Shown here one piece after another: positions 29,512 through 38,718 of a stretch of 64,000 nucleotides of DNA; position 1 is the stretch's first letter; every line of letters starts with the position of its first letter. This DNA is from a bacterium (GTDB lineage: Bacteria > UBA8248). The notes beneath the pieces are model-generated. The model saw nothing but the letters and a program-made list of their open reading frames with translations, had not been told where the DNA came from and ran no database searches. The translations under genes were made by a program, and so were the position numbers. Where the stretch lies: the NCBI GenBank assembly GCA_963692865.2, contig OY843592.1, positions 3,296,001 to 3,360,000 on the forward strand, given 5' to 3'.

Positions 29512-30717
29512 ATGAACAGCGCCATCACCCCCGTTCCCGTGGATGGGGACTACGTCGTCGGACTCGCGCAGGAGTTGATCCGCATACCGGCTGAAAACCC
29601 GCCGGGGGACTGCTCGGACATGGCCGAGCGCATTCTCGCGGAACTCAAAACCATCGACGTAGGTGATATCACCACTTATGAGTACGAATCGGGAATGCCC
29701 AACTTCATCATCCAGGCGGGAGACGGCGGCCCGGGCGGGCATTTCGTCATCGGCGGCCACATGGACACCGTTCCCGTCCATCCCGAAGAAATCGACGCCT
29801 GGGAGGTCCCCCCCTTCAGCGGCGAACTGAAAGACGGCGAAATCTGGGGGCGCGGCGCCGCCGACATGAAGGGCGCGCTGGCGTCCACCATCGGCGCGTT
29901 CAAGGCCTTGAGGGATGAGAAAATCACGCTGAACGGAACGCTCACCTGGGTGCTGCTCTCGGACGGCGAGAAGGGCGACTACTACGGCGCGCAATCGCTG
30001 GTGAACCACGGAATCTTGAAAGAACTCGGCGGCGACATGGTGCTCTACACCGAATCGACGGGCAACAACATCATCCGCTCCTTCAAGGGGCGGGTGTTCT
30101 TCGAGGTCAAGGTGCGCGGACGCTCGGTGCACGTGAGCGTGCCCGAGAAGGGCGTCAACGCCATCGAGAAGATGGCCAGGATCATCGACGCCTTCAGGGC
30201 CGAGCGCATCGCGCCTCCCCCGCACCCCTTCCTCGGGCCGGGCACGCTCGCCTTCTCCACCATCAAGGGAGGCTCCGCGGTGAACGTCGTGGGCGGACGG
30301 TGCAGCGCCACCTTCGACGTGCGCATGCTGCCGGGGCAGACTTCCGCGGGCGTCAAGGAGAAACTGGAGGGCATTCTGGCCGAACTCGCGCAGGACGACC
30401 CCGAGTTCGACGCCTCGGTCGAGATCATGCCGAGCGGCGCGCGCGAGGTCACCGAAATCGCGGAAGAAGAACCCGTCGTACAACTCATGGAACGAGTCGT
30501 GCCCACCGTGCGCGGTACGCCGAACGAGTACCTGCCCGGCATCGAGTCTCCCGGCGCGCTCAGGCTCTTCATCGAGAACGGGATTCCGGGCGTCTTCTTC
30601 GGTCCCGGCGAGTTCATCTCCGAAGCCCATCTGCCGAACGAGCGCGTGCCCGCGAAGAACCTCATCGACGCCGCCGGCATGTTCGCCACCGCCGCTCGGG
30701 CGCACTGCAACGGGTGA
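29512..30717 (+). CDS. M20 family metallopeptidase (ArgE/DapE-like)
   Basis: GHMDTV, GRGAADMKG, GVNAI and AHLPNE motifs. Confidence 0.88.
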   Translation: MNSAITPVPVDGDYVVGLAQELIRIPAENPPGDCSDMAERILAELKTIDVGDITTYEYESGMPNFIIQAGDGGPGGHFVIGGHMDTVPVHPEEIDAWEVPPFSGELKDGEIWGRGAADMKGALASTIGAFKALRDEKITLNGTLTWVLLSDGEKGDYYGAQSLVNHGILKELGGDMVLYTESTGNNIIRSFKGRVFFEVKVRGRSVHVSVPEKGVNAIEKMARIIDAFRAERIAPPPHPFLGPGTLAFSTIKGGSAVNVVGGRCSATFDVRMLPGQTSAGVKEKLEGILAELAQDDPEFDASVEIMPSGAREVTEIAEEEPVVQLMERVVPTVRGTPNEYLPGIESPGALRLFIENGIPGVFFGPGEFISEAHLPNERVPAKNLIDAAGMFATAARAHCNG

Positions 30718-30855
30718 GGGGGGCAATTCATTTGCATCCGAATGAGGCCAAGAGCAGGGACAGGCCCCCCGTGCCTCTCCTGATGAGGAACAGCCGAGGG
30801 GGCAGGCATCGGCCCGCCGCCGTGAAAACACGATACTCGTATAGAGGCCGCATAC

Positions 30856-31078
30856 GGGGTAATTGAAAACCCTCTTTCAAGAACGGGCGGACACTCGGGT
30901 CCGCCCCTACGCAAGGCGCGATGGCACTGTAGGGGAGGACCTGTGTGTCCTCCCACCTCCCCACTCCTCCTTGCCGTGAACCCTCCAACCCCCCTTGTCA
31001 GGGGGGCTTTGATTTTATCCCCCTGTTAAGGGGGAACAGGGGGGTGCTTTGCAGGGACAGGTCGCGACCTGTCCCTAC
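30856..31078. repeat. Mosaic of GTAG-type hairpins and CCCCC-TGT(T/C)A-GGGGG units
   Basis: GGGCGGACACTCGGGTCCGCCCCTAC, GTAGGGGAGGAC...GTCCTCCC, CCCCCCTTGTCAGGGGGG and AGGGACAGGTCGCGACCTGTCCCTAC. Confidence 0.7.
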
Positions 31079-31102
31079 GGGCTCGCAAGGCATCCCTCAA
31101 AC

Positions 31103-31137
31103 AAAAAAACCGGGGGAGCGTCACACACTCCCCCGGT
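31103..31137 (-). terminator. Rho-independent terminator of the minus-strand LLM/AhpD/MBL/CMD cluster
   Basis: On the minus strand: ACCGGGGGAGTG-loop-CGCTCCCCCGGT followed by a T-run. Confidence 0.8.
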
Positions 31138-31159
31138 CGAACCGCCTTCAGTCCTGCTT

Positions 31160-31537
31160 CTAATACCCCTCGTCGATCACCTCTTTGAGCTGCGTGCAGC
31201 CCGCCACGAGCGCCGTCATCCCGCAGGGGGGGAGCATGCACTCCAGGGCTTCCGTCGCCTCCTCGACGGTCGCGCCCAGTTGGAGCGCCTTTTTCAGGTG
31301 ATTCTTGATCCCCTCGGTGTCGGAGGGGTCGCGCGAGGCGCTCGCCACGGCGATGAAGAGCTCCTTGTACTTCTCGTGAAAGGGGCCCTGTTTCTTCATG
31401 ATGTGATTCTTCAGGTTCTCGTAGTTCTCCAGAAGTTCCGGGTCTACCTCGCAGAGGAGCTCGTACGCCGGGTAGATGAACCCGCGCGCCGCCTTCATCT
31501 CCTCGTACAAGGCCCTGCCCCGCTCGCTCATCGCCAT
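31160..31537 (-). CDS. Carboxymuconolactone decarboxylase (CMD) family protein
   Basis: KYKELFIAVA...HLKKALQLGATVEE. Confidence 0.82.
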   Translation of the reverse strand: MAMSERGRALYEEMKAARGFIYPAYELLCEVDPELLENYENLKNHIMKKQGPFHEKYKELFIAVASASRDPSDTEGIKNHLKKALQLGATVEEATEALECMLPPCGMTALVAGCTQLKEVIDEGY

Positions 31538-31581
31538 CTTGGATCCTCCTCAGGAAAACGCCCGCTCCGGGCGCAACACTC

Positions 31582-32352
31582 CTATGGATACACTTCCTTC
31601 TCGAGCACGGAAACCTCGTGACCGGGCAGGATGTATTCCTCCTTCGTGGCGCGCTCGATGCACTTGTGGATGGAGTCCATCGCGTCGCGCATGCTCGACA
31701 TCTGGCCGGCGGGAACGCGGCGCTCGAGGCCTTCGTTGATCTGGATGACGTCGGCGGCGATGACGTAGGTGCCCACGCGCGTCTCGACGGCGACCGAGCA
31801 ATGCCCCGGCGTGTGGCCCGGCGTGTGGAAATAGGTGACGCCCGGCACGATCTCGGTATTGTCCTTCCAGATGGGTTCGAAGATGATGCCCTGCTGCGCG
31901 ATCACCGGCCAGCGGGTGTTGGGGTGAATCGGCGCGTCATAGGGCTTCGCCTGCAGCGCGACCGGGCACATGGAGTATTGAAGCTCCTCCGCCCACACGT
32001 ACTTGATCGCGTTGGTGAAGAGATCGCAGTTCTGGGAGTGATCCCAGTGCAGGTGCGTGAGGATGAGGATGTCCACTTCCTCGGGCTTCCAGCCCGCGCC
32101 TTCCAACTGCTCGCGCACGCCCTGGCCGGGCTCCCGGCTCGCGGGCCAGGGGGCGCCGCCGCGTTCGGGGTCGAGAAAACTGGTGTCGACCACGACCTTC
32201 ACGTCCTTGCCGTCGTGGTCCTTCGCCCCCTCGATCATGTAGATGAACGAGGGAATCTCGAGCTTTGTCCCGAAGTTCGTCCAATACACCATATTGGAGT
32301 AATCCGTATGGATGGTGCCGCAGTTCAGCGGACGGATGGTGAGGTCTGACAT
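31582..32352 (-). CDS. Metallo-beta-lactamase fold hydrolase (AHL-lactonase-like)
   Basis: THLHWDH, TPGHTPGH, AAD and LPGH motifs. Confidence 0.88.
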   Translation of the reverse strand: MSDLTIRPLNCGTIHTDYSNMVYWTNFGTKLEIPSFIYMIEGAKDHDGKDVKVVVDTSFLDPERGGAPWPASREPGQGVREQLEGAGWKPEEVDILILTHLHWDHSQNCDLFTNAIKYVWAEELQYSMCPVALQAKPYDAPIHPNTRWPVIAQQGIIFEPIWKDNTEIVPGVTYFHTPGHTPGHCSVAVETRVGTYVIAADVIQINEGLERRVPAGQMSSMRDAMDSIHKCIERATKEEYILPGHEVSVLEKEVYP

Positions 32353-32470
32353 GGAAACTGTTCCTTTCTGCGTTGTTTCGCGGCCCGCAGCGGGGCGCAA
32401 ATGAACGATGGCGAATTTGCCTGTTAATCACCGGCCGGGCGTCACGATGCCGGCGAACGGATGTGCGTTT

Positions 32471-33070
32471 TCAAGCCCGCGCGGTTCTCGCGAAGCGCAC
32501 CACCTCCATCAACTCGTCCGGGCCTTCGGGTTCGACCGCGTCGAGGCCGAGCGCCAGATTCAGCCGGTTGCTCATGTTCCGGTACGACACCGAGCCGATG
32601 ATGTCCAATATGTTCTCATCTGAGAACCCCGCCTCGCGCAGCGCGTCCAGGTCCGTCTCGCTCATGGCGTAGTGGTCGAACGTGAGTTTTTCGGCGAAGG
32701 CGAGCATCGCCTTGTCCGCGTCGTCGAGAGCCGGGGAATTGTCCCTGTCCATCACCACGCCGGCCACGTCGGCCAGCGTTACGTCGTCGCCGCTTTCAGC
32801 ACGGAAAGCCTGGCCATGGTTCATCGTTCAGCCGTAGCACCCGCCGATGGTGGCGACGTAGTAGGAGATCAACTCCTCGCGCCTCCCGCCCAGCGTCGAG
32901 TTGCCGCCATGAACGGCCATGTTCATCGTCTGGCGTCCGTTCAAAACTTGGGGCCTGCGCGCCATCGTGAGCAACAGCTTGGGCACCGCGCCTCTCTTCG
33001 CCCGGATGCCCTCGAGAATCCCTCTAGCGGGCTCCTGGGCGTCATTCAGCCTTAATGGGGATATCCACAT
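32471..33070 (-). CDS. AhpD-like peroxidase-related selenoprotein (CxxU), 199 aa with UGA recoded
   Basis: Two track ORFs are in frame across TGA 32830-32828: ...RREELISYYVATIGG-C-Y-G-U-T-M-N-H-G...AMLAFAEKLT...LREAGFSDENI...NMSNR. The TGA sits at the second Cys of the AhpD CxxC, with a SECIS-like hairpin downstream. Confidence 0.83.
32789..32814 (-). promoter_or_regulatory. Candidate bacterial SECIS element
   Basis: mRNA after the UGA: GCC-AG-GCUUUC[CGUGCU]GAAAGC-GGC. The loop starts 24 nt after the UGA and has G at loop position 2. Confidence 0.65.
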
Positions 33071-33094
33071 TCTCCGTTCTCCTCGATACCAGCG

Positions 33095-34150
33095 TTATTC
33101 GCTTGAGCTTGCCGCGCGCTCTTCCGCGAACGCGGGCATCACCTCTTTCGCAAACCTCTCTATGGATTCAATCGCCTCGCCCTGGGCGATGCCGCGCAGC
33201 ACGAAGATCATGATGTGGTTCACCTGGAACTCCGCCTGGAGCCGCTTGAGATCGGCGATCACCTTATCCGGCGGGCCGATGACGCCGCCGCCCTCGATGA
33301 CCTGGCGGATGTCGACGTCGTAGCTCCAGTTGCGCTTAAGGGCCTCTTTCTCCTCGAGCGGCATCTCGATGGCGTTCACCGCGCTGCGGTAGGAGAGATA
33401 CCACGATTCGGAGGGTTCGATTTGCCGCCAGGCGTGCTCGGGGTCGTCGCATACGTGGACGTGGTGCGCCATGAGGGAGGGATACTCATCCGGGTCGCCG
33501 CCGCGCTTGCGCACGGTTTCCTGGAAGAGCGCCATCTTCTCCAGATACACGTCGGGCCCCTTGAAGGTGCCCGACGCCATGATGTTGTACCCCCTCTCGC
33601 CGGCGAAGACGTAGGTTTCGGGACTCGTGCCGGCCAGCCAGATGGGAGGGCGCGGCTTCTGGACGGGTTTCGGGAAAATCTCCGCGTCGATGCAGCTGTA
33701 GTGCTTCCCGTGGAAGGTGAGGCATTCCCCCTCCAGCAGGCGGGTCATCACCTCGATGCCCTCCTGCATCTTTTCCCTGCTCTCGGAAGGGGAGATGTTG
33801 AAGCCCTGAAACTCCTTGGGCTGGGAGCCTCTGCCAACGCCCAGTTCCAGGCGTCCGCCGCTCAGCACGTCGACCAGGGCCGCCTGTTCGGCCAGGCGCA
33901 CCGGATTGTGGAAGGGCATGATGCAGATGGCGGTGCCGATCCGTATCTTCTTGGTTCTTTGCGCGATGGCGAGCGCGACCATCAAGGCGTCGGGGCACAT
34001 GCCCACGCGGGAGAAGTGGTGCTCGGCCAGGAATACCGTGTCGTAGCCGAGTTCGTCCGCCACCTCGCACTGTTCGATCAACAGATCGAACTCGTGCTTA
34101 TAGGTTTCTCCCTCCTGACAGGCGGGAATGTAGAAAAGCGAGAATTTCAT
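33095..34150 (-). CDS. Luciferase-like monooxygenase (LLM) family
   Basis: AEHHF, PVRLAEQAALVDVLSGGRLELGVGRG and PKPVQKPRPPIW. True start ATG 34150. Confidence 0.9.
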   Translation of the reverse strand: MKFSLFYIPACQEGETYKHEFDLLIEQCEVADELGYDTVFLAEHHFSRVGMCPDALMVALAIAQRTKKIRIGTAICIMPFHNPVRLAEQAALVDVLSGGRLELGVGRGSQPKEFQGFNISPSESREKMQEGIEVMTRLLEGECLTFHGKHYSCIDAEIFPKPVQKPRPPIWLAGTSPETYVFAGERGYNIMASGTFKGPDVYLEKMALFQETVRKRGGDPDEYPSLMAHHVHVCDDPEHAWRQIEPSESWYLSYRSAVNAIEMPLEEKEALKRNWSYDVDIRQVIEGGGVIGPPDKVIADLKRLQAEFQVNHIMIFVLRGIAQGEAIESIERFAKEVMPAFAEERAASSSE

Positions 34151-34197
34151 CTTTCCGGTCTCCTTCACGTACGCGAAAATCCTGCGCGCATGGCGGC

Positions 34198-34596
34198 TTA
34201 CGCGCCCATCGTGAACACCTTGTCCGCCCGGATGCGGTAGATGACGCGCACCTGCCCCGCCTGACGGTTGGGATAGCTGTCCACCCCCAGGTACTTGTTC
34301 GCGAGAGCGTCGATGTGCTCTTCCGCCCCGTTCTCGGTTATCTCGACCACCGTGCCCTGCAACCCCACCCACCTGTAGGCGTTTTCGGGGTCGACGATGG
34401 CCATCGACACCTTGGGACGCGCGCGCATGTTCAGGTCCTTGAGACGCCCCTTGGCCGAATTGACCTCGATGATGTCCCCGTTGGTCCCGAACCACACGGG
34501 AGAGACCTGGGGAGAGCCGTCCTTGTTCTGGGTTCCCAGATACAGGAGGGCCTTGGTGTCGAGAATGCCTGCATGAGATTCGGGTATCAGCGCCAT
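34198..34596 (-). CDS. PPOX-class (split-barrel) probable F420-dependent oxidoreductase
   Basis: DGSPQVSPVW, KxxN..RP.V and HIDALANKY. Confidence 0.85.
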   Translation of the reverse strand: MALIPESHAGILDTKALLYLGTQNKDGSPQVSPVWFGTNGDIIEVNSAKGRLKDLNMRARPKVSMAIVDPENAYRWVGLQGTVVEITENGAEEHIDALANKYLGVDSYPNRQAGQVRVIYRIRADKVFTMGA

Positions 34597-34644
34597 TTTT
34601 AGTTCCTCATAAGAAAAAGACTTTCGATTGCGCCCCGGATGCGA

Positions 34645-35625
34645 TCATACGCACCTGGGCAAAACCTCTTCGGTGAACATTCTGAGCGATTCGTCGAAAT
34701 CCTGGACCGGCGGGTCGATCATGATGCTCTTGACGCCGTAGGACTCGATTTCCTGGATGCGCTCGACGCACTGCTCGGGCGTTCCCGTGATGGTGAAACG
34801 GTCCAGAATGTAGTCGGTGATGAGGGGCACGTGCTTGGGATCCCGCCAGTTGCTCACGTCGAAGTTGTCGAGGAGGTTCTGAATCTCTGGCTTGAACGGG
34901 TCGGGCACCGAGTCGAGCGTCATGCGGAAGTTGTGGTGCGCGCGGTTCGCCACCCGCGCCCGCACCTTCTCGCGCGCGCGCACGCCGTCGGTGTCCACCG
35001 AGACGACCGCGCCGAATATGACGTCCATCTCCCCGAGAGAGGCGTCGCGATTCGCCATCCCCTCGTTCAGGTACTTCATCACCCAGTCCACCGTCTCCTG
35101 GTAGACGCCCGAACCGACGATGACGCCGTCGGCGACCTCCGCCGACATGGCGAGCGTCCTCGGGCCTTCGGCCGAGGTGTAGATGGGGATATCGCGCTCA
35201 CACCACATCTTCACGTTCACGCCTTCGGCGTATTCCACCGTCTCGCCGCGCGTGAACGCGCGAACGGCCGCGATGGACTCGCGCATCCGGGCGAGTCTGG
35301 CCATCTTCTTTCCCAGCGTGTAGACGGGCGTGTCTCCCGAGCCGATGCCGAACAGCACGCGGCCGCCCGAGAGTTCGTCGAGCGTGGCGATGGCGCTCGC
35401 CGCCACGCTGTCGTCGTGCAGCACCGGGTTCGTCACGCCGGGGCCGATTTTCACGTGCGAGGTGTTCTCTATCGCCAGAGCGAGCGCGACGTTGTGATCC
35501 CGGCAGGTGAGGTGGCTCTCCGCTATCCAGACCTGTTCGAAACCGTTGTCCTCCGCGTATTTCGAACGCTGCGCCACGAGCCGGATGTCGTCCGGCACCA
35601 AGTGAAGACTAAAACTCATACCCAC
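34645..35625 (-). CDS. LLM family oxidoreductase (Mer / F420-dependent-like)
   Basis: WIAESH, IGPGVTNP, ATLDELSGGRVLFGIGSGD and AEGPRTL...ADG. Confidence 0.85.
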   Translation of the reverse strand: MGMSFSLHLVPDDIRLVAQRSKYAEDNGFEQVWIAESHLTCRDHNVALALAIENTSHVKIGPGVTNPVLHDDSVAASAIATLDELSGGRVLFGIGSGDTPVYTLGKKMARLARMRESIAAVRAFTRGETVEYAEGVNVKMWCERDIPIYTSAEGPRTLAMSAEVADGVIVGSGVYQETVDWVMKYLNEGMANRDASLGEMDVIFGAVVSVDTDGVRAREKVRARVANRAHHNFRMTLDSVPDPFKPEIQNLLDNFDVSNWRDPKHVPLITDYILDRFTITGTPEQCVERIQEIESYGVKSIMIDPPVQDFDESLRMFTEEVLPRCV

Positions 35626-35665
35626 GAAAAAGCGCCTCCAGAATGTTCAGGAAAAGAAGATGACA

Positions 35666-36736
35666 TCAAGCGTTGCTGCCGTTCGAAGCGGCGGGCGCGG
35701 CGGCGTTCACCAGCGGCATGACGTCGTTCGCGAAGCTCTCTATCGAGCGCATCACCGAGGCGTGGTCCGGCCCGCGCCAGGGCGCCAGGATGACGTGATT
35801 GACCCCGTAGTCATCGCGCAGCCTGCAGATATCCTCCGCGACGGCTCCCGGATCGGCGATGATGCCGCCGCCCCTGACGATCTCCTCGACGTTCAGCTCA
35901 TAGCTCCAGTTGCGCTTCAGGTGCTTCGCCTCGTCCTCGGGCATCTCGACCTCGTTCATCTTCGCCCGGTAGCGCAGGTATTCGCCCTCGCCTTCTACAG
36001 TGAGGTTGAAGTATTCTTCCGCATCCGCCGCGTCGCACACGTGGATGTGGTGAACGAGCGGCCTCTCGATTCCGGCGGGGTCGCCGCCCGATTTTCGGAT
36101 GGCGTCCTCATACAGCCCGAACTTTTGCTTGTACACTTCGGGCCCCGTGAAGCCCGCCGAGGCCATCACCTTGAAGCCGTTCTCGCCCGCATAGGTGTAG
36201 GTTTCGGGGCTCGTGCCCGCCAGCCAGATGGGGGGTCTCGGCTTTTGCAGGGGCTTGGGGAAGATTTCCACGTCCTCGCAACTGTGATACCGCCCCTGGA
36301 ACGTCACTTTTTCCCCTTCGAGAAGGCGGGAGAGAATATGGAGCCCCTCTTTTAAGCGCTCGCGGCTCTCGGACGGCTTGGCGCCGAATCCCTGGAACTC
36401 CTTGGGCTGGGAGCCGCGCCCCACGCCCAACTCCAGCCTGCCGCCGCTCAGGAGATCGACCATGGCGGCCTGCTCGGCCAGCCGGATGGGATCGTGGAAC
36501 GACATGATGGAAATGGCCGTGCCCACGTGGATTTTCTTCGTCTTCTGGGCCACGGCGGCGCAAATCAGGAGGGGATCGGGAATCATCCCGACGCGGGAGA
36601 AGTGATGCTCGGCGTACCATACGCACGAATAGCCCAACTCGTCCGCCAGTATACTTTCCGTGAGCATATCCTCATGAACCTGGGCCTCGGTCATATCTTC
36701 GGGACGGTACAGAATGTAAAAAAGCGAAAAGTCCAT
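35666..36736 (-). CDS. LLM family monooxygenase, paralogue of 33095-34150
   Basis: AEHHFSRVGM, DLLSGGRLELGVGRGSQPKEFQGF and PPIWLAGTSPETY. Confidence 0.9.
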   Translation of the reverse strand: MDFSLFYILYRPEDMTEAQVHEDMLTESILADELGYSCVWYAEHHFSRVGMIPDPLLICAAVAQKTKKIHVGTAISIMSFHDPIRLAEQAAMVDLLSGGRLELGVGRGSQPKEFQGFGAKPSESRERLKEGLHILSRLLEGEKVTFQGRYHSCEDVEIFPKPLQKPRPPIWLAGTSPETYTYAGENGFKVMASAGFTGPEVYKQKFGLYEDAIRKSGGDPAGIERPLVHHIHVCDAADAEEYFNLTVEGEGEYLRYRAKMNEVEMPEDEAKHLKRNWSYELNVEEIVRGGGIIADPGAVAEDICRLRDDYGVNHVILAPWRGPDHASVMRSIESFANDVMPLVNAAAPAASNGSNA

Positions 36737-36991
36737 AAAAAATCCCCGGCTTCGTTGCGCGAAACTCGCTTGGGTGAATTCCTCTCGGGCGGCCCGCAAG
36801 GCGATCCTCAAGACGAAAAAAACGCGACTCTCGGGTTTCCCGCATCAGGAATCGGGGAGCATAATGCCGATACCGGCGCGGGCGCGTCAAGGTTGCCCGC
36901 TTAATTTACAGATTTCCGTTTATGAAATATGCTTGGCCGCTCTTCGAGCCATTCAGGACGATGTATCGCAGGTTTTCCAAGCGGAGGCGCC

Positions 36992-37750
36992 TTGAACCCA
37001 CTCGCATTGATACTCGCCTTTTGCGCCGCCTTCGTCGGCTCGGGCCTGAAAGCCGTGGGCGGATTCGGCTTCGCCACCTTGACGACGCCCACCGTGGCCA
37101 TTTTCTGGGATTTGCCCACGGCCATCGCCGTCATCTCCATTCCCACCCTGTGCACGAGCCTCATGAACGCCTGGCGAACGCGCGCCGCCGTCCACGAAGG
37201 CTTGCGGCCCTTTGTTCCCTTCTTTTCGATGAGCCTCGTGGGTCTGGCCGCCGGCCTCACGATTCTCCTGAACACGGACCCGCGCCTGATGAAATTCATC
37301 CTGGGCGCCTTCCTGATCTGTCAGATCGTCTGGCAATGGAGCCGGCCCGAAAAGCCTGATCCCGAGGATTCGCTGAAGCGCTCACTGGGCATGGGCGCGG
37401 TCGCGGGACTGATGCTGGGCACCATCAACATCCCATCCCACGTCATCGCCTCCTATCTCACGGGCATGAAGATATCGAAGGAGCGCTACCTCTTCGTGCT
37501 GAGCGCAAGCCAGGTGGTGCTCCGCGTCGCCGCCATCGCCTCCATCGCGGCGGCGGGCTACATCGGCGAGACGGCCCTGTGGCTCATCCTCATCCTCTCG
37601 ACGCCCGTGCTGCTCGGCTTTTTCGTGGGCACGAAGATATACAACATCTTCTCGGATCAGGCGTTCTTCCGTATCGTCACGGCTGTTCTGTTCCTCATGG
37701 GCGCCGTCCTCCTCGTCATGAACTACGAGGGAGTCGCCGTAATTTTCTGA
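36992..37750 (+). CDS. Sulfite exporter TauE/SafE family
   Basis: GGFGFA, GAVAGLMLG, about eight TM segments; TTG start after GGAGG. Confidence 0.8.
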   Translation: MNPLALILAFCAAFVGSGLKAVGGFGFATLTTPTVAIFWDLPTAIAVISIPTLCTSLMNAWRTRAAVHEGLRPFVPFFSMSLVGLAAGLTILLNTDPRLMKFILGAFLICQIVWQWSRPEKPDPEDSLKRSLGMGAVAGLMLGTINIPSHVIASYLTGMKISKERYLFVLSASQVVLRVAAIASIAAAGYIGETALWLILILSTPVLLGFFVGTKIYNIFSDQAFFRIVTAVLFLMGAVLLVMNYEGVAVIF

Positions 37751-37882
37751 TTTTTCAGAAAAGAATCGAGTAGCCCGACGGAATTGACGAAGGCGGAGCA
37801 TCTGCGCTATTTTTCGGATTCATCGCGAAAAACGAAAAAGCGAAATCACGCTCCATCAGATATCTCATAAGGACCGAACAAC

Positions 37883-38635
37883 ATGCCGGCGAAAGTAAGC
37901 ATCAAGAATCTGCACATGGAATACTACCTGAAGGACAGAAAGGTGTACGCCCTACAGGACATCAACCTAGACATCCAGGACGGGGAATTCCTCTGCGTCG
38001 TGGGACTGTCCGGTTGCGGGAAAACCACGCTGCTGAACATTCTCGCGGGCTTCCTGAACCACACGGCGGGCTCCATTCTTTTGGACGGCAACCCCATTTC
38101 CGCCGCGGGCCGCATGAACCGGGGCGTCGTTTTTCAGGAATACGCGCTTTTCCCCTGGCGCACGGCGCTCAGGAACGTCGAGTTCGGCCTGGAGATGAAA
38201 GGCCTCGGCAAGGAGGAGCGCAGTCAAAAGGCGCAGGAATTTCTCGAGCTCGTCCACCTCGAAAAATTCACCCATCTCTACCCCCACAACCTCTCGGGCG
38301 GCATGAAGCAGCGCGTCGCCGTGGCGCGGGCGTACGCCTACGAGCCGCAGTTCATGCTCATGGACGAACCCTTCGGCGCGCTCGACGCGCAGACGCGCGA
38401 GAACCTCCAGTCGCTTACGGTCGAGGTATGGGAGAAAACGAAGAAGACCATCTTCTACGTCACGCACAACCTGAGCGAGGCGGTCTACCTCGCGGACAGG
38501 ATCATCGTTCTCGCGGGCCAGCCGGGGCAGATTCACAAGGAGATCGTCGTGGACGTCCCGCGTCCCCGCGACCCCTTCGACCCGAGGGTTATCGAACTCG
38601 AACACATGGCGACCGAAGCCGTGCGCGGCAACTAG
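37883..38635 (+). CDS. NitT/TauT (sulfonate/nitrate) ABC ATP-binding protein
   Basis: GLSGCGKTT, VVFQEYALFPW, LSGGMKQR and DEPFGALDAQTR. Confidence 0.92.
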   Translation: MPAKVSIKNLHMEYYLKDRKVYALQDINLDIQDGEFLCVVGLSGCGKTTLLNILAGFLNHTAGSILLDGNPISAAGRMNRGVVFQEYALFPWRTALRNVEFGLEMKGLGKEERSQKAQEFLELVHLEKFTHLYPHNLSGGMKQRVAVARAYAYEPQFMLMDEPFGALDAQTRENLQSLTVEVWEKTKKTIFYVTHNLSEAVYLADRIIVLAGQPGQIHKEIVVDVPRPRDPFDPRVIELEHMATEAVRGN

Positions 38636-38658
38636 CGTCACTTCCTCTTCGGAATCAC

Positions 38659-38700
38659 AAAAAGAAAGGCCGGCCCCACTCGGGAGCCGGCCTTTCTTGT
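38659..38700. terminator. Bidirectional terminator-like hairpin between convergent ABC genes
   Basis: AAGAAAGGCCGGC-loop-GCCGGCCTTTCTT with A- and T-rich flanks. Confidence 0.75.
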
Positions 38701-38718
38701 TCCTGTCGGTGTTATCGG

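Noticed and set aside
33095-34495. Apparent N-terminal extensions or fusions in track ORFs (33095-34495, 24338-25861, 43104-43841, 25910-27055, 27760-29031, 58135-59727)
   Set aside because: The extensions overlap upstream genes or repeats in another frame. Downstream starts with an RBS or stop-start coupling give normal-length proteins.
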